A stretch of 54,356 nt of DNA from an uncultured Candidatus Saccharibacteria bacterium (GTDB lineage Bacteria > Patescibacteriota > Minisyncoccia > Phycocordibacterales > CAZTPW01): NCBI GenBank assembly GCA_964615725.1, contig CAZTPW010000004.1, positions 1-54,356 on the forward strand, in the 5' to 3' direction. The first letter of the stretch is position 1, and every line of letters begins with the position of its first letter. The translations under genes were made by a program, and so were the position numbers. This document shows positions 16,298 through 26,160 of the stretch, piece after piece. The notes under the pieces are model-generated. The model searched no databases, was not told the DNA's origin, and was given only the letters and a program-made list of their open reading frames with translations.

Positions 16298-16546
16298 ATG
16301 CCTAAAAAACCCGCAAAAAAAGTTACGAAGAAATCTGCGCCAGCTCCAAAGAAGCAGCCGGAAAAGAAAATCAAACGCCAAGAAGAAGTTACCGACGAGC
16401 AGGACAACCTGATTCCAAAAGCATTGATGGATGATGAAGAAGAGTCTGCTGATATCGCTGAAGTAGACCCAGAAATCCTCGAGAGCGCCCTTGAGGATGA
16501 TGACTTCTCACCAGATATGGACGAAGAGGATGGTGATGAGTGGTAG
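16298..16546 (+). CDS. Small protein with basic N-terminus and acidic C-terminus (82 aa)
   Basis: MPKKPAKKVTKK... then a D/E-rich tail ending DEEDGDEW; followed by a terminator. Confidence 0.75.
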   Translation: MPKKPAKKVTKKSAPAPKKQPEKKIKRQEEVTDEQDNLIPKALMDDEEESADIAEVDPEILESALEDDDFSPDMDEEDGDEW

Positions 16547-16562
16547 ATACCGCACGTCTCCC

Positions 16563-16589
16563 AAAAAAACCGCCCTGTGGCGGTTTTTT
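16563..16589. terminator. Bidirectional intrinsic terminator
   Basis: AAAAAAACCGCC-CTGT-GGCGGTTTTTT between convergent genes. Confidence 0.85.
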
Positions 16590-17805
16590 ACTTTACTTTG
16601 ATTTTGATAAATCTTCGAGCTCCGATTTTGAGTGTGAGAGGTTTTGTAATGGTGATTGCGGGATCTGTGAGCTTTGCTCCCCCTACCTCTGACACACCCC
16701 CTTGCTCAATAAGTCGTCGATACTCTGACTTTGAGGAAACAAGTTCATACTTCACAAGCACATCTACAAGTGGGGTACCTGAAGCAACTTCTGCTTGGGG
16801 CGCATCATCAGGGACACCCCCTTTTTTGAAAACATTTTCGAAGTGAGCAACTGCCGCTAAAGCCGCTTCCTTGCCATGATAGAGTCCGACAATTTCCTTT
16901 CCGAGGCGAACCTTCATATCACGTGGGTTTACACCTGATGCAAGCTCTTTCTCGATCGAATGAATTTCCTCTGGAGTGAGGTCGGTGCAAAGATCGAAGT
17001 ACTTCACGATAAGTTCATCCCGAAGTGACATTACCTTGCCGAACATGTCGTTTGGGTCATCGGTGAGGTTGATTACATTACCCCAACTTGAGGACATTTT
17101 ACGCCCATCGGTGCCCTCGAGCATTTTCACGGTCATAATATCCTGCTCTGGCAATCCATAATGCTTTTGAATAACACGTCCCGCTTTAAGATTAAAAAGC
17201 TGGTCAAAGCCACCAAGCTCAACATCAGCCTTGAGAGGTACAGAGTCGTATCCCTGCATGAGAGGATACATAAATTCACGAAGTGATATTTCCTCACCCT
17301 TATCAAGCCGATCTTTGAAATTTCGTCGCTCGATCATCTGCTGGACGGTAAAGGCTTCAGCAAGCTCACAAATCTCAGCAAAAGTGAGTTTTGAAAGCCA
17401 TGTGCTGTTGTAGACGAATTCCGCCTTACTAACATCGAGCACTTTCGCCACCTGTTTCTTATAGGTCTTGAGGTTTTCTTCGACCGACTGCTTCGCGAGC
17501 ATCGGGCGCTTAGCAAGCTTGTCTGAGGGGTCTCCAATAAGAGCCGTGAAATCTCCGATCAAAAAAATAACTTTGTGGCCGAGATCTTGGAAAGCTTTGA
17601 GCTTTCGGAGTGCAATGGCCCGACCAATGTGAATGTTTGGTGAAGTGGGGTCCATTCCAAGCTTAATTCGAAGCTGTTTACCTGAGAGAAGCTTCTTTTC
17701 GAGAGATTCGCGCACCAAAACATCCTCAGTACCCCGTTCAAGGAGGGCTTTGATTTTAACAGGGTCAGTATCAATTTTTGGCGCCAAGCGAGAAAAGAGT
17801 GCCAT
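16588..17805 (-). CDS. tyrS: Tyrosyl-tRNA synthetase
   Basis: GMDPTSPNIHIG (HIGH), YPLMQGYD, ELGGFDQ, KMSSS, C-terminal S4 domain. Confidence 0.97.
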   Translation of the reverse strand: MALFSRLAPKIDTDPVKIKALLERGTEDVLVRESLEKKLLSGKQLRIKLGMDPTSPNIHIGRAIALRKLKAFQDLGHKVIFLIGDFTALIGDPSDKLAKRPMLAKQSVEENLKTYKKQVAKVLDVSKAEFVYNSTWLSKLTFAEICELAEAFTVQQMIERRNFKDRLDKGEEISLREFMYPLMQGYDSVPLKADVELGGFDQLFNLKAGRVIQKHYGLPEQDIMTVKMLEGTDGRKMSSSWGNVINLTDDPNDMFGKVMSLRDELIVKYFDLCTDLTPEEIHSIEKELASGVNPRDMKVRLGKEIVGLYHGKEAALAAVAHFENVFKKGGVPDDAPQAEVASGTPLVDVLVKYELVSSKSEYRRLIEQGGVSEVGGAKLTDPAITITKPLTLKIGARRFIKIKVK

Positions 17806-17848
17806 GGGAGTACTGTATCACAGGTGAAAGAAAGTGAAAAATGGAGTA

Positions 17849-19117
17849 TTACTCGCGCAGATCAGTAAGTGCCTTTTCAACACCACAGAGTGATTCACGG
17901 AGCGAGAATGCGTTTTTGTACGAAGTTTCATACCATTTCTTTCCGAGGTAATTTACCACTTCGGTATTAGACATATCAGTATTGAGGTCAGTTTTCCGAT
18001 AGCTTGCTGTTGGATTTGATGCGCATGAAAGTGCTGTCGCGGAGATTTCTGCAGTTACTGAATCATAAAAAAGCTTTTTTGTGGCGGTTGGATCAAATGA
18101 GTATTGATTGATCATGGTTTTGTATGATTCGACACGAGCCGCTTCCTGGGCTGAAAGGTGGGAAGGAAGCATACCTCTACCCGCGACATAGTCTATCGCT
18201 TGTGCCCACATCGTATAGGTGTTTTTGTAAATATACGTAAGTGATTTCCTCATACCAGCGAGCGTGACGGCAACTTCATCGTTGGTATAGGTAATTTTTG
18301 CTGAGCTTACGGCATTGAGTTTCGAGATTCTTGTATAAGCACTCTTTTGCGCGTACCAGCCAGCGAGGAGAAGCTCCGGTGTAGGGTGAGAAGCTGAACT
18401 TATCTTTGCGCCGAAATCTGCAAGGTCTCGCACATCTTGGATCGCGCGCACCGAGTCTTTACTTTTTTCATATACGTAGGATCGAAGGATTACCAGACGC
18501 GCTGTAAGGGTAAGGATTTCGGGAGCGCACCCTTTTGCACTATCACAATCATATACATCGAATTCAGCACTTTTATCAAAAGCATCAAGAAGTGGTTTTG
18601 CATTAGAAATAATCTTTTTTGCTTGGGTAAGTGGTGCCGCACTCAAATCTTGTGCATATTGATCAAGGAATTGTCGATCGGCTTGTGAGAGTGAAGTTGT
18701 CGCGAAAGTCGAAAAAAGTGAAGCGAAGCCTGTTTCGCGCAGACCTGTCTCTTGTGGCAAAAGGATACTTGCATCTGAAAAAGGCTTACTTGGTGACGCA
18801 GTATCAGGACCATTCATATCTTCAATAGTGTTTTCCCGAGGGGCGTTCATGACAAAGAAGTAGTAATAGGCTCCCCCACTCGCGAAGATAAAAAGAATAA
18901 TTACAATCAAAAAAACGAGTCCGAGATGTGATGATGATTGTGGTTGTAAATTCTGGACTGGAGGAATAACGCTTTTTGGGGTGATGTTTGCCTGTGCAAA
19001 GGCGCGTGCAATGTCCACCTCCTGCCATCCAGCACTTTGCATAGCTCGCGCTGTAACATCATCAGGAACACCCGCATTCCTTTGAGCTTGAATATAGAGC
19101 ATTACTTCATCGTTCAT
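17849..19117 (-). CDS. Single-pass membrane hypothetical protein
   Basis: Small helical N-terminal domain (YIQAQRNAG...AGWQEVDI), one TM segment, helical extracellular part with Cys pairs. Confidence 0.8.
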   Translation of the reverse strand: MNDEVMLYIQAQRNAGVPDDVTARAMQSAGWQEVDIARAFAQANITPKSVIPPVQNLQPQSSSHLGLVFLIVIILFIFASGGAYYYFFVMNAPRENTIEDMNGPDTASPSKPFSDASILLPQETGLRETGFASLFSTFATTSLSQADRQFLDQYAQDLSAAPLTQAKKIISNAKPLLDAFDKSAEFDVYDCDSAKGCAPEILTLTARLVILRSYVYEKSKDSVRAIQDVRDLADFGAKISSASHPTPELLLAGWYAQKSAYTRISKLNAVSSAKITYTNDEVAVTLAGMRKSLTYIYKNTYTMWAQAIDYVAGRGMLPSHLSAQEAARVESYKTMINQYSFDPTATKKLFYDSVTAEISATALSCASNPTASYRKTDLNTDMSNTEVVNYLGKKWYETSYKNAFSLRESLCGVEKALTDLRE

Positions 19118-19200
19118 AAATATAATTATAATCAATCTCAGAAAAAGAACCAAAAGACTTTCATGGAAAAGCGTCGGTATTTTTGCTATCCTTGAGTGAT

Positions 19201-21750
19201 ATGAAATGGCTCAAAAAACACCTTCTTCACCCAAGCTTTCGGTTTCATAAAAAGAAAATCCTAAAAAACCTCTTTCTCTTCTTTCTTTCTGCTGGGGTGA
19301 TTTTCTCTTCTTGTATCCTTATTTGGGTTTCGACTCTTCCCCTTCCTGACCTCAACACCTTCGAACAGCGTAAGGTTGCTGAATCAACAAAAATTTACGA
19401 CAAAACGGGTACAATCCTCCTCTATGATGTACACCAAGATATTAAACGCACCCTCGTACCTTTTGAAAACATTTCACAAAATATCAAGAACGCTACCATT
19501 GCAATTGAAGATGATGAGTTTTATGAGCACCATGGTGTCCGGCCGATCGCCTTTCTCCGGGCGGTGATCAGCAACATTTTCTCGCTAAGCTATAGCCAGG
19601 GTGGTTCAACTATTACTCAACAAGTTATTAAAAACTCAATCCTTACTAAGGAGAAATCCGCTACCCGAAAGTTGAAGGAATGGATTTTGGCTTTAAAACT
19701 CGAGCGTTCGCTTGATAAAAACTCAATCCTCAATATCTATCTCAACGAGTCTCCGTATGGAGGAAATATCTATGGTGTTGAGCAGGCTGCACAAGAATAT
19801 TTCGGAAAAACATCGAAAGATGTCACCCTCGCAGAAGCGGCATATCTCGCAGCGATCCCCCAAGCTCCCACTTTCTATTCCCCATTTGGTAAAAACAAAG
19901 CTCGTCTTGATGATCGAAAGAATCTTGTTTTGAAGCAGATGTATAGCCTCGGTATGATTCAAGAAAATGACTATACGAATGCAAAAAAGGAGGTAGTTAC
20001 TTTCCGCCGCTCTGAGGAAAAAGGAATCAAGGCACCCCATTTTGTCTTCTATATCAAAGATTATCTTGAGAAAAAATATGGTGATAGTGCTATTGAAGCG
20101 AATGGTTATAAGGTGATTACAACACTTGATTATTCTCTTCAGCAAAAAGCAGAAGAAATTGTTCGACGTCATGCCCTTATCAATGAAAAAGAGCTTGATG
20201 CTGAAAACGCCTCCCTCGTCGCGCTCGACCCAAAAACAGGACAAATCCTCGTCATGGTCGGCTCGCGCGACTACTTCGATAAAAAGATTGATGGCAACTA
20301 CAATGTGGCCACAGGAAAAAGGCAGCCTGGATCAACGTTCAAGCCCTTTGCCTACGCTACAGCTTTTTTGAAGGGCTACACACCCGACACCATGCTCTTC
20401 GATGTAAAGACAGAATTCTCTACAGAATGCAGCGCATCAAGCACCCCACTTAAACCTGATGCAAAATGCTATACCCCTAAAAACTTTGACTCGAAGTACC
20501 GTGGTCCAATGAGTATGCGAAACGCTTTAGCACAATCAATCAACATCCCTGCAATTAAAACTCTCTACCTCGCTGGGACCACTGATACCCTCCGCCTTGC
20601 AAAGGAGATGGGTCTCACCAGTCTCAATGAATCAAATCAATATGGCCTTACTATGGTTTTGGGAGGCGCAGAAGTTGGTCTCCTTGAAATGACTGGGGCT
20701 TATGGGGTCTTTGCAAATCAAGGTTTGAAGAATAGCCCTGTTGGTATTCTCGAAGTGCGTGATAAAAACAATACTGTGGTTGAAAAATATGAAAAGAATG
20801 AAACACGCGTCCTTGATGAAGATGTTGCACTTACAATAAGTGACGTTCTTTCAGACAATCAAGCGCGCGGACCAAGCTTTGGCTACAACTCACCTCTCTA
20901 CTTCCCTGGTCGCGACGTCGCAGCAAAAACTGGTACCACAAACGATTACCACGATGCATGGATTGTAGGATATACACCTTCTCTTGTGGTTGGGGCGTGG
21001 GCAGGTAACAACAACAACCGCCCTATCAAAAAGGAAGGGATTGCTCGACCTGTAATCACTCCGATGTGGAATGAGTTCATGCATGTAATACTTCCTACCG
21101 TTCCCAACGAATCCTTCCCTCGTCCTGCACCACGCGATACAAAAAACCTCAAACCAGTAATGAAAGGTTTCTGGCAAGGTGGTGAGAGTTACTACATCAA
21201 CAAAACAAATGGCCAACTTGCTACAGAATACACGCCAGAAGAACTCAAAGAAGAGCGTGTTGTGCAGTCCGTGCACGATATTCTTTACTGGGTAAATCCT
21301 GATGATCCACTTGGCCCCAAACCTGTAGATCCTACAAAAGAAAGCCAGTTCGAGCGTTGGGAGACTCCCGTACGCCAGTGGGCAAAAGATAATGGTTATA
21401 ACGACCAGGACCCAAAAACAGTCATTCCAACACAAATTGATGATGTTCATCGTCCCGAATTTGCTCCTAAAATAACCGTAGTCTCTCCAGCCTTAAATAC
21501 TGGCCTAAAGTCTGCATCACCAACTACTATTACATTCACAACAACAGGTAAATATTCTGTTGTGAAAGCTGAATTCTTCTTGAACAGTAGCTATCTTGGT
21601 GAAACAACATTCACCCCATTCCACTTCACCTTCGTTCCAAACGATGCTGAAAGCATTGCGCACAAGGCAGTAAACAACCTCAAAATTGTAGTCACCGACG
21701 CTGTTGGCAACAAAGGCGATGTCACTGTGCCAATAACAATCACTGATTAG
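19201..21750 (+). CDS. Class A penicillin-binding protein (PBP1A family) with C-terminal Ig-like domain
   Basis: Transglycosylase EDDEF, GGSTITQQ, RKLKE, YLNESPYG; transpeptidase SxxK (STFK), SIN, KTG. Confidence 0.95.
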   Translation: MKWLKKHLLHPSFRFHKKKILKNLFLFFLSAGVIFSSCILIWVSTLPLPDLNTFEQRKVAESTKIYDKTGTILLYDVHQDIKRTLVPFENISQNIKNATIAIEDDEFYEHHGVRPIAFLRAVISNIFSLSYSQGGSTITQQVIKNSILTKEKSATRKLKEWILALKLERSLDKNSILNIYLNESPYGGNIYGVEQAAQEYFGKTSKDVTLAEAAYLAAIPQAPTFYSPFGKNKARLDDRKNLVLKQMYSLGMIQENDYTNAKKEVVTFRRSEEKGIKAPHFVFYIKDYLEKKYGDSAIEANGYKVITTLDYSLQQKAEEIVRRHALINEKELDAENASLVALDPKTGQILVMVGSRDYFDKKIDGNYNVATGKRQPGSTFKPFAYATAFLKGYTPDTMLFDVKTEFSTECSASSTPLKPDAKCYTPKNFDSKYRGPMSMRNALAQSINIPAIKTLYLAGTTDTLRLAKEMGLTSLNESNQYGLTMVLGGAEVGLLEMTGAYGVFANQGLKNSPVGILEVRDKNNTVVEKYEKNETRVLDEDVALTISDVLSDNQARGPSFGYNSPLYFPGRDVAAKTGTTNDYHDAWIVGYTPSLVVGAWAGNNNNRPIKKEGIARPVITPMWNEFMHVILPTVPNESFPRPAPRDTKNLKPVMKGFWQGGESYYINKTNGQLATEYTPEELKEERVVQSVHDILYWVNPDDPLGPKPVDPTKESQFERWETPVRQWAKDNGYNDQDPKTVIPTQIDDVHRPEFAPKITVVSPALNTGLKSASPTTITFTTTGKYSVVKAEFFLNSSYLGETTFTPFHFTFVPNDAESIAHKAVNNLKIVVTDAVGNKGDVTVPITITD

Positions 21751-22001
21751 CGAATATCCTTAATAGGTGTTCCTGAGAGTTGACTAATTTCCTGAATAAG
21801 AAACCCCTTCTTGATATAGAGCGCATTCTTGAGGGAGGGGTTGCCGACCACGGTGAGTATCCCCTCTTTGAAGGTAATATCCTTCATAGAAAGTTCAATA
21901 GAAAACCGCTTCTGAATTACCTCAAGAGCGGTTTTTCGTACTCCCAAACCTTTTGCGCCAATATTTTTAAAAGCATCGAGAAATTGGGCAATGTTATGCA
22001 T
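21747..22001 (-). CDS. DciA/DUF721-like protein
   Basis: 84 aa directly downstream of dnaN; GILTV...LKNALYIKKGFLIQEIS resembles the DciA KH-like core. Confidence 0.55.
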   Translation of the reverse strand: MHNIAQFLDAFKNIGAKGLGVRKTALEVIQKRFSIELSMKDITFKEGILTVVGNPSLKNALYIKKGFLIQEISQLSGTPIKDIR

Positions 22002-22015
22002 GAAGGATTGAGACG

Positions 22016-23116
22016 TTATTTATTCATTGGCATTACGAGGTAAAGAAAAGACTTATCTGAAACACCTCGAACCACAACAGGTCGGTTCATAGCATTAAAC
22101 TGAAGAGATATGCTGTCAGCTTCGATTGATTGGAAACAATCGACTATGTACTTATGATTGAAGTTGATCTCGATATCATCACCTGTTAAAACTGCATCTA
22201 TACTGTTGGTATTTTCACCAACATCTGAATTTCGTGTACGAATCTGAAACTTTTTTGTATCCATCATCACTTTCATATTGACTTGATTGAAGGTGTCAGA
22301 AAAAACGTTCGCGAGTTTGAGTGCGCTCATAAGATCCTGTTTAAGAACAACTGCCTCTGTCTTAAATTCACGAGGAATGATTTGTTTGTAGTCAGGGAAA
22401 ATACCATCAACTACTCGGGACACGAGATAGAGCCCTTTATAACTAAAAGATATTTGGGTTTTATCGAGACGAACCTCGATATCATCATTCACAGAATCGA
22501 GGATTCTCACAATATCAGGTACATTTTTGTATGGAAGGAGGATTTGAGTAAAATCTTTTGGTTTTTTAACCTTTACTCGCTTTTCTGCGAGACGAAAGGA
22601 GTCAGTAGCAGCAAAAACAACGGTGTCTTCATCATTGTAGATAAAAATACTTGAAAGCTCAGGTTTAATACTCGTCGTACTCGCAGCATACCAAACCGCT
22701 TGTAACCCTTTTGAAAACTCTTTGGTATGCATCTCAAAGGTCTTACCTTCAGCGATTCGGGGGATTATAGGATATTCCTCATGAGGAAGCGCTTTGATCG
22801 TTGTAGCGTTGGTTTTGGTTGAAATACGGAGGTTTCCTTCGATAGTCTCCAAAGAAATATTCTTCTCGCTGTGGAGATTCTGAACAAAACTATTGAAAAT
22901 TGATGCGGGGACTGCAATTTCACCAGATTCAATAATCTTTGCTGGAATAGAAAGCTCAATACCGATGTCGAGATTGGTCGCTTTTATGGTGAGGACATCG
23001 TCTTTTGCTTCAATCAAGAAACATTTAAGAACAGGGAGTGTGAGATTCTTCCCTGCTATGCGTTCCGCTTTTTGAAGTGTTTCTGCGAGCCGATCCCTAA
23101 CGCATTCTGCTTTCAT
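22016..23116 (-). CDS. dnaN: DNA polymerase III beta sliding clamp
   Basis: LTIKATNLD, AATDSFRLA, GIFPDYKQII, C-terminal LVMPM. Confidence 0.97.
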   Translation of the reverse strand: MKAECVRDRLAETLQKAERIAGKNLTLPVLKCFLIEAKDDVLTIKATNLDIGIELSIPAKIIESGEIAVPASIFNSFVQNLHSEKNISLETIEGNLRISTKTNATTIKALPHEEYPIIPRIAEGKTFEMHTKEFSKGLQAVWYAASTTSIKPELSSIFIYNDEDTVVFAATDSFRLAEKRVKVKKPKDFTQILLPYKNVPDIVRILDSVNDDIEVRLDKTQISFSYKGLYLVSRVVDGIFPDYKQIIPREFKTEAVVLKQDLMSALKLANVFSDTFNQVNMKVMMDTKKFQIRTRNSDVGENTNSIDAVLTGDDIEINFNHKYIVDCFQSIEADSISLQFNAMNRPVVVRGVSDKSFLYLVMPMNK

Positions 23117-23412
23117 ATATTAATTATATTTTTATTTTTAAATCTATTACTACTATTAGTACTGTGGATATGTGTATAACATCTGAAATATGGTGATAAG
23201 AAAAGGTTTTTATGAGATTTTCTTATCACTGTATCTTGGGGATTGCTGATGATAGTGTGGGACAAAAGAGCGTTTCTTGATTCTAAGGAAAAATCTTTCC
23301 CCACACAATCCCTCAATTCTCACCAAGCTATCAAGAGGTTGTTCGGACGATTCCCCCAGACCTTTCCACAGGCTTTCCCCCAATTCACACGATATCCACA
23401 CCAGGTGATTTT
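23117..23412. other. Replication origin (oriC, dnaA-dnaN intergenic region)
   Basis: AT-rich 23117-23144; NAN trios TAT-TAC-TAC-TAT-TAG at 23145-23159; tandem DnaA boxes 23163-23171 and 23171-23179; further box-like 9-mers at 23297, 23362 and 23392. Confidence 0.85.
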
Positions 23413-24762
23413 TTACAACAAAGAACGAATCTGATTGAGCTCTTGAACGAGGGTTGGATCGGTTTTGATCTCGTTTTTAATCTTTTCACATGAGTGAATA
23501 ACGGTGGTGTGGTCCTTTCCCCCAAGCTTCTGCCCAATAGACGGGTATGAGATGTTGCAATCTTCTCTAAGGAGATACATAGCGACCTGTCGGGGCTTCA
23601 CAACCTCCTTTCGGCGTGAACGATCATAGATACTACTCTCTTCTACGTTGTAGAAGTCTGCGATAACCTTCACAATATCCTTCACAGCAACAATCTTTTT
23701 TGGCTTTGTGTTGTTTTTGATAAGGTTTTTGATATCAACAATAGAAAGTTCCTTGTTTTTGAGCTGAGTTTGCATGATAAGTGCATTCAAAATACCCTCG
23801 AGCTCACGGATATTACCCTCCACAGCAGTAGCAATGTAGTCTGCTGCCTCACGGCTGAGAGCAAAGTTATTTTGTGCTGCTTTTGAGAGAAGGATTGCTG
23901 CTCGTGATTCAACATCTGGGTAAGGAATATCCACAATCATACCTGATCCAAAGCGTGACTTGAGACGGTCCTCAAGGTTTGGAATGAAGTTTGGGTGTTT
24001 ATCAGATGAGAATACAATCTGCTTACCATTTTCGTGGAAGTGGTTGAAGAGATGGAAGAGTTCCTCCTGGCTCTTTTCTTTATTTGAGAAAAACTGAATA
24101 TCATCAATGATCAAAAGATCATATTTTCGATATTTCTCCTTAAAAAACGATATTTTATTGGTCTGAAGCGAGTTGATGTAGTCCTGAGCAAACTTCTCAG
24201 AGGTGAGATAGTAGACCTTCTTTTGCGGATAGTGCTTCTTGAAGTAGTTCCCTATCGCTTGGATGAGGTGGGTCTTGCCATGGCCGGTGCCGCCATAGAT
24301 AAAGAAAGGGTTGTAAATAGCACCAGGCTTCTTCACAAGAGTCTGTGCAGCTGCATGAGCGAGCTCATTGAAACTTCCAACAATGAAAGATTCAAATGTG
24401 TAGCGAGGATTGAGGCAATCGTCCTTGTTGATATAGAAATCTTGGAGCGGAAGCTCAGATGTCGGGTTTTTGAGGGGTACCTCGGCAGGCTTTTCTTTGT
24501 GCTTCTCAGGCTCCATAGTGATTACATACTCAAGCGCGCGGATATTCTCATCTTTTTCTCGAAGAGCACGAAGAATGTTCTTGTGGTATTTATTGCTCAA
24601 CCAATCTTTTACAAAGTTACTTGATACCCCGAGGTAAACAGTGCCGTCGGTGATCTTGAGAATGTAGGTGCCTTTAAACCAGGTAGTGAAGGTTGCTTTT
24701 GTGACAAGCAATTCTATATCGGTAAGTATAGAGTCCCAGAGTTTTTTAGCATCACCAGTCAT
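23413..24762 (-). CDS. dnaA: Chromosomal replication initiator DnaA
   Basis: LNPRYTFESF, YGGTGHGKTHL, LLIIDDIQF, RLKSRF, NIRELEG, GGKDHTTVIHS. Confidence 0.98.
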   Translation of the reverse strand: MTGDAKKLWDSILTDIELLVTKATFTTWFKGTYILKITDGTVYLGVSSNFVKDWLSNKYHKNILRALREKDENIRALEYVITMEPEKHKEKPAEVPLKNPTSELPLQDFYINKDDCLNPRYTFESFIVGSFNELAHAAAQTLVKKPGAIYNPFFIYGGTGHGKTHLIQAIGNYFKKHYPQKKVYYLTSEKFAQDYINSLQTNKISFFKEKYRKYDLLIIDDIQFFSNKEKSQEELFHLFNHFHENGKQIVFSSDKHPNFIPNLEDRLKSRFGSGMIVDIPYPDVESRAAILLSKAAQNNFALSREAADYIATAVEGNIRELEGILNALIMQTQLKNKELSIVDIKNLIKNNTKPKKIVAVKDIVKVIADFYNVEESSIYDRSRRKEVVKPRQVAMYLLREDCNISYPSIGQKLGGKDHTTVIHSCEKIKNEIKTDPTLVQELNQIRSLL

Positions 24763-24809
24763 GTGGAAATAATTATATTCTAGTGACTCTGTTTGCAACA
24801 CTTGCGGGC

Positions 24810-24841
24810 AGTGAATAACTATGTTGATAAATTGTGGATAG
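24810..24841. promoter_or_regulatory. DnaA boxes upstream of dnaA
   Basis: TGTTGATAA (24822-24830), TGTGGATAG (24833-24841), AGTGAATAA (24810-24818). Confidence 0.65.
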
Positions 24842-24936
24842 TGATTTTTCCCACAAAAATATTTTTTGTCACCCCCACTTCCCCTCTTTTAATGATGAGG
24901 TTGTCTTTTTTTAAAAAATGTTCTATACTCGTGCTC

Positions 24937-25080
24937 ATGTCATTCACATATAACCCAAAGAAAAAGAAGCGAGCAACAACTCACGGCTTTCTCGCACGCA
25001 CAAAGTCTCACGGCGGACGACGAGTTCTCCAAGCACGACGCCGAAAGGGTCGAAAGAGCCTCTCAGTTTCTTCTCGATAA
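24937..25080 (+). CDS. rpmH: 50S ribosomal protein L34
   Basis: MSFTYNPKKKKRATTHGFLAR...GRRVLQARRRKGRKSL. Confidence 0.97.
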   Translation: MSFTYNPKKKKRATTHGFLARTKSHGGRRVLQARRRKGRKSLSVSSR

Positions 25081-25087
25081 AAGCCTT

Positions 25088-25408
25088 ATGTTGGCACGCA
25101 AAAATCGGGTAAATACCGCTCTGTGTAGCCAAATAATGAAAGATGGTAGCTCGGTGTTTACCCCGCTTCTATCGCTTCGCTATATGAAAAACGCGCCATA
25201 CCCGCGTTTTTCTGTTCTTGTCTCAAAAAAGGTTGCAAAGACTGCCGTGGAGAGGGTTTCAACCCGACGACGTGTCTATGGCATCCTCAACCACGCCACA
25301 CTTCCCAAGCTCTACGCACTTATAAGCGTTAAAAAATCAATCAAAGACATTTCTTATCAAGAACTCACACGCGAAGTGCATAATCTTTTGGCAAAAGTGC
25401 GCCCCTAG
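25088..25408 (+). CDS. rnpA: RNase P protein component (divergent RNR motif)
   Basis: Position between rpmH and yidC; RFSVLVSKKVAKTAVER..RRR. Confidence 0.88.
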   Translation: MLARKNRVNTALCSQIMKDGSSVFTPLLSLRYMKNAPYPRFSVLVSKKVAKTAVERVSTRRRVYGILNHATLPKLYALISVKKSIKDISYQELTREVHNLLAKVRP

Positions 25409-25428
25409 TCTACAATTAAGTAACTTTT

Positions 25429-26160
25429 ATGTATCACACTTATATTTACGTTCCCCTTTATAACGGTTTGATCGCGATTATCAATACCCTCCCTATGTGG
25501 GCAGGAGTCGGTGCTGCGATTGTTATCTTTACTATTATTGTAAAGCTCGTCCTCTTCCCTCTCTCAAAGTCTACTCTCAAGACGCAGCTTCGAATGAAAG
25601 AGATCGAACCAAAAATGAAGACCCTTCGAGAGAAATATAAGGGTAATGCCCAGGAGATGTCTGCACGAATGATGCAGCTTTATCGAGAGGAGAAAGTAAA
25701 TCCATTTTCAAGCCTTATTGGACTCCTTCTTGTAATTATTCAGTTCCCAATTCTTTTTGCGCTCTACAGAATCTTCTATTCAGGAGGGCTCCCAAATGTT
25801 CACACAGAGCTCCTCTACTCTTTTATTCATGCACCTACCGAGACACTCAATATGACCTTTCTCGGTATCAATATTGCCACAAAGAGCATCATCTTCGCAC
25901 TCCTCGCCGGTATCGCTCAATACTTCCAGATGAAGTATTCATTCGCTCAAATGACCACATCAAACACCCCTGCTGTTGATGCAAAGCCAGGTATGGGAGA
26001 CATGATGATGACGATGCAAAAGCAGATGAAATACACCTTCCCTATTCTCATGGTGTTGATTGCGTACTCAGTAAACTCTGCTATTGCGCTTTACCTTATT
26101 ACAAGTAGTTTGTTTGCACTTGGACAAGAGGTTGTAATGCGACGATCACTCCGACGGTAG
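25429..26160 (+). CDS. yidC: Membrane protein insertase YidC/Oxa1 (short form)
   Basis: AIVIFTIIVKLVLFPL, MKEIEPKM, YREEKVNPF, Q.PIL.ALY, ALYLITSSLF. Confidence 0.95.
   Translation: MYHTYIYVPLYNGLIAIINTLPMWAGVGAAIVIFTIIVKLVLFPLSKSTLKTQLRMKEIEPKMKTLREKYKGNAQEMSARMMQLYREEKVNPFSSLIGLLLVIIQFPILFALYRIFYSGGLPNVHTELLYSFIHAPTETLNMTFLGINIATKSIIFALLAGIAQYFQMKYSFAQMTTSNTPAVDAKPGMGDMMMTMQKQMKYTFPILMVLIAYSVNSAIALYLITSSLFALGQEVVMRRSLRR

Noticed and set aside
17806-17848. T-box riboswitch upstream of tyrS
   Set aside because: Only 43 bp intergenic, and the -10 box is 6 nt from the ATG (leaderless).
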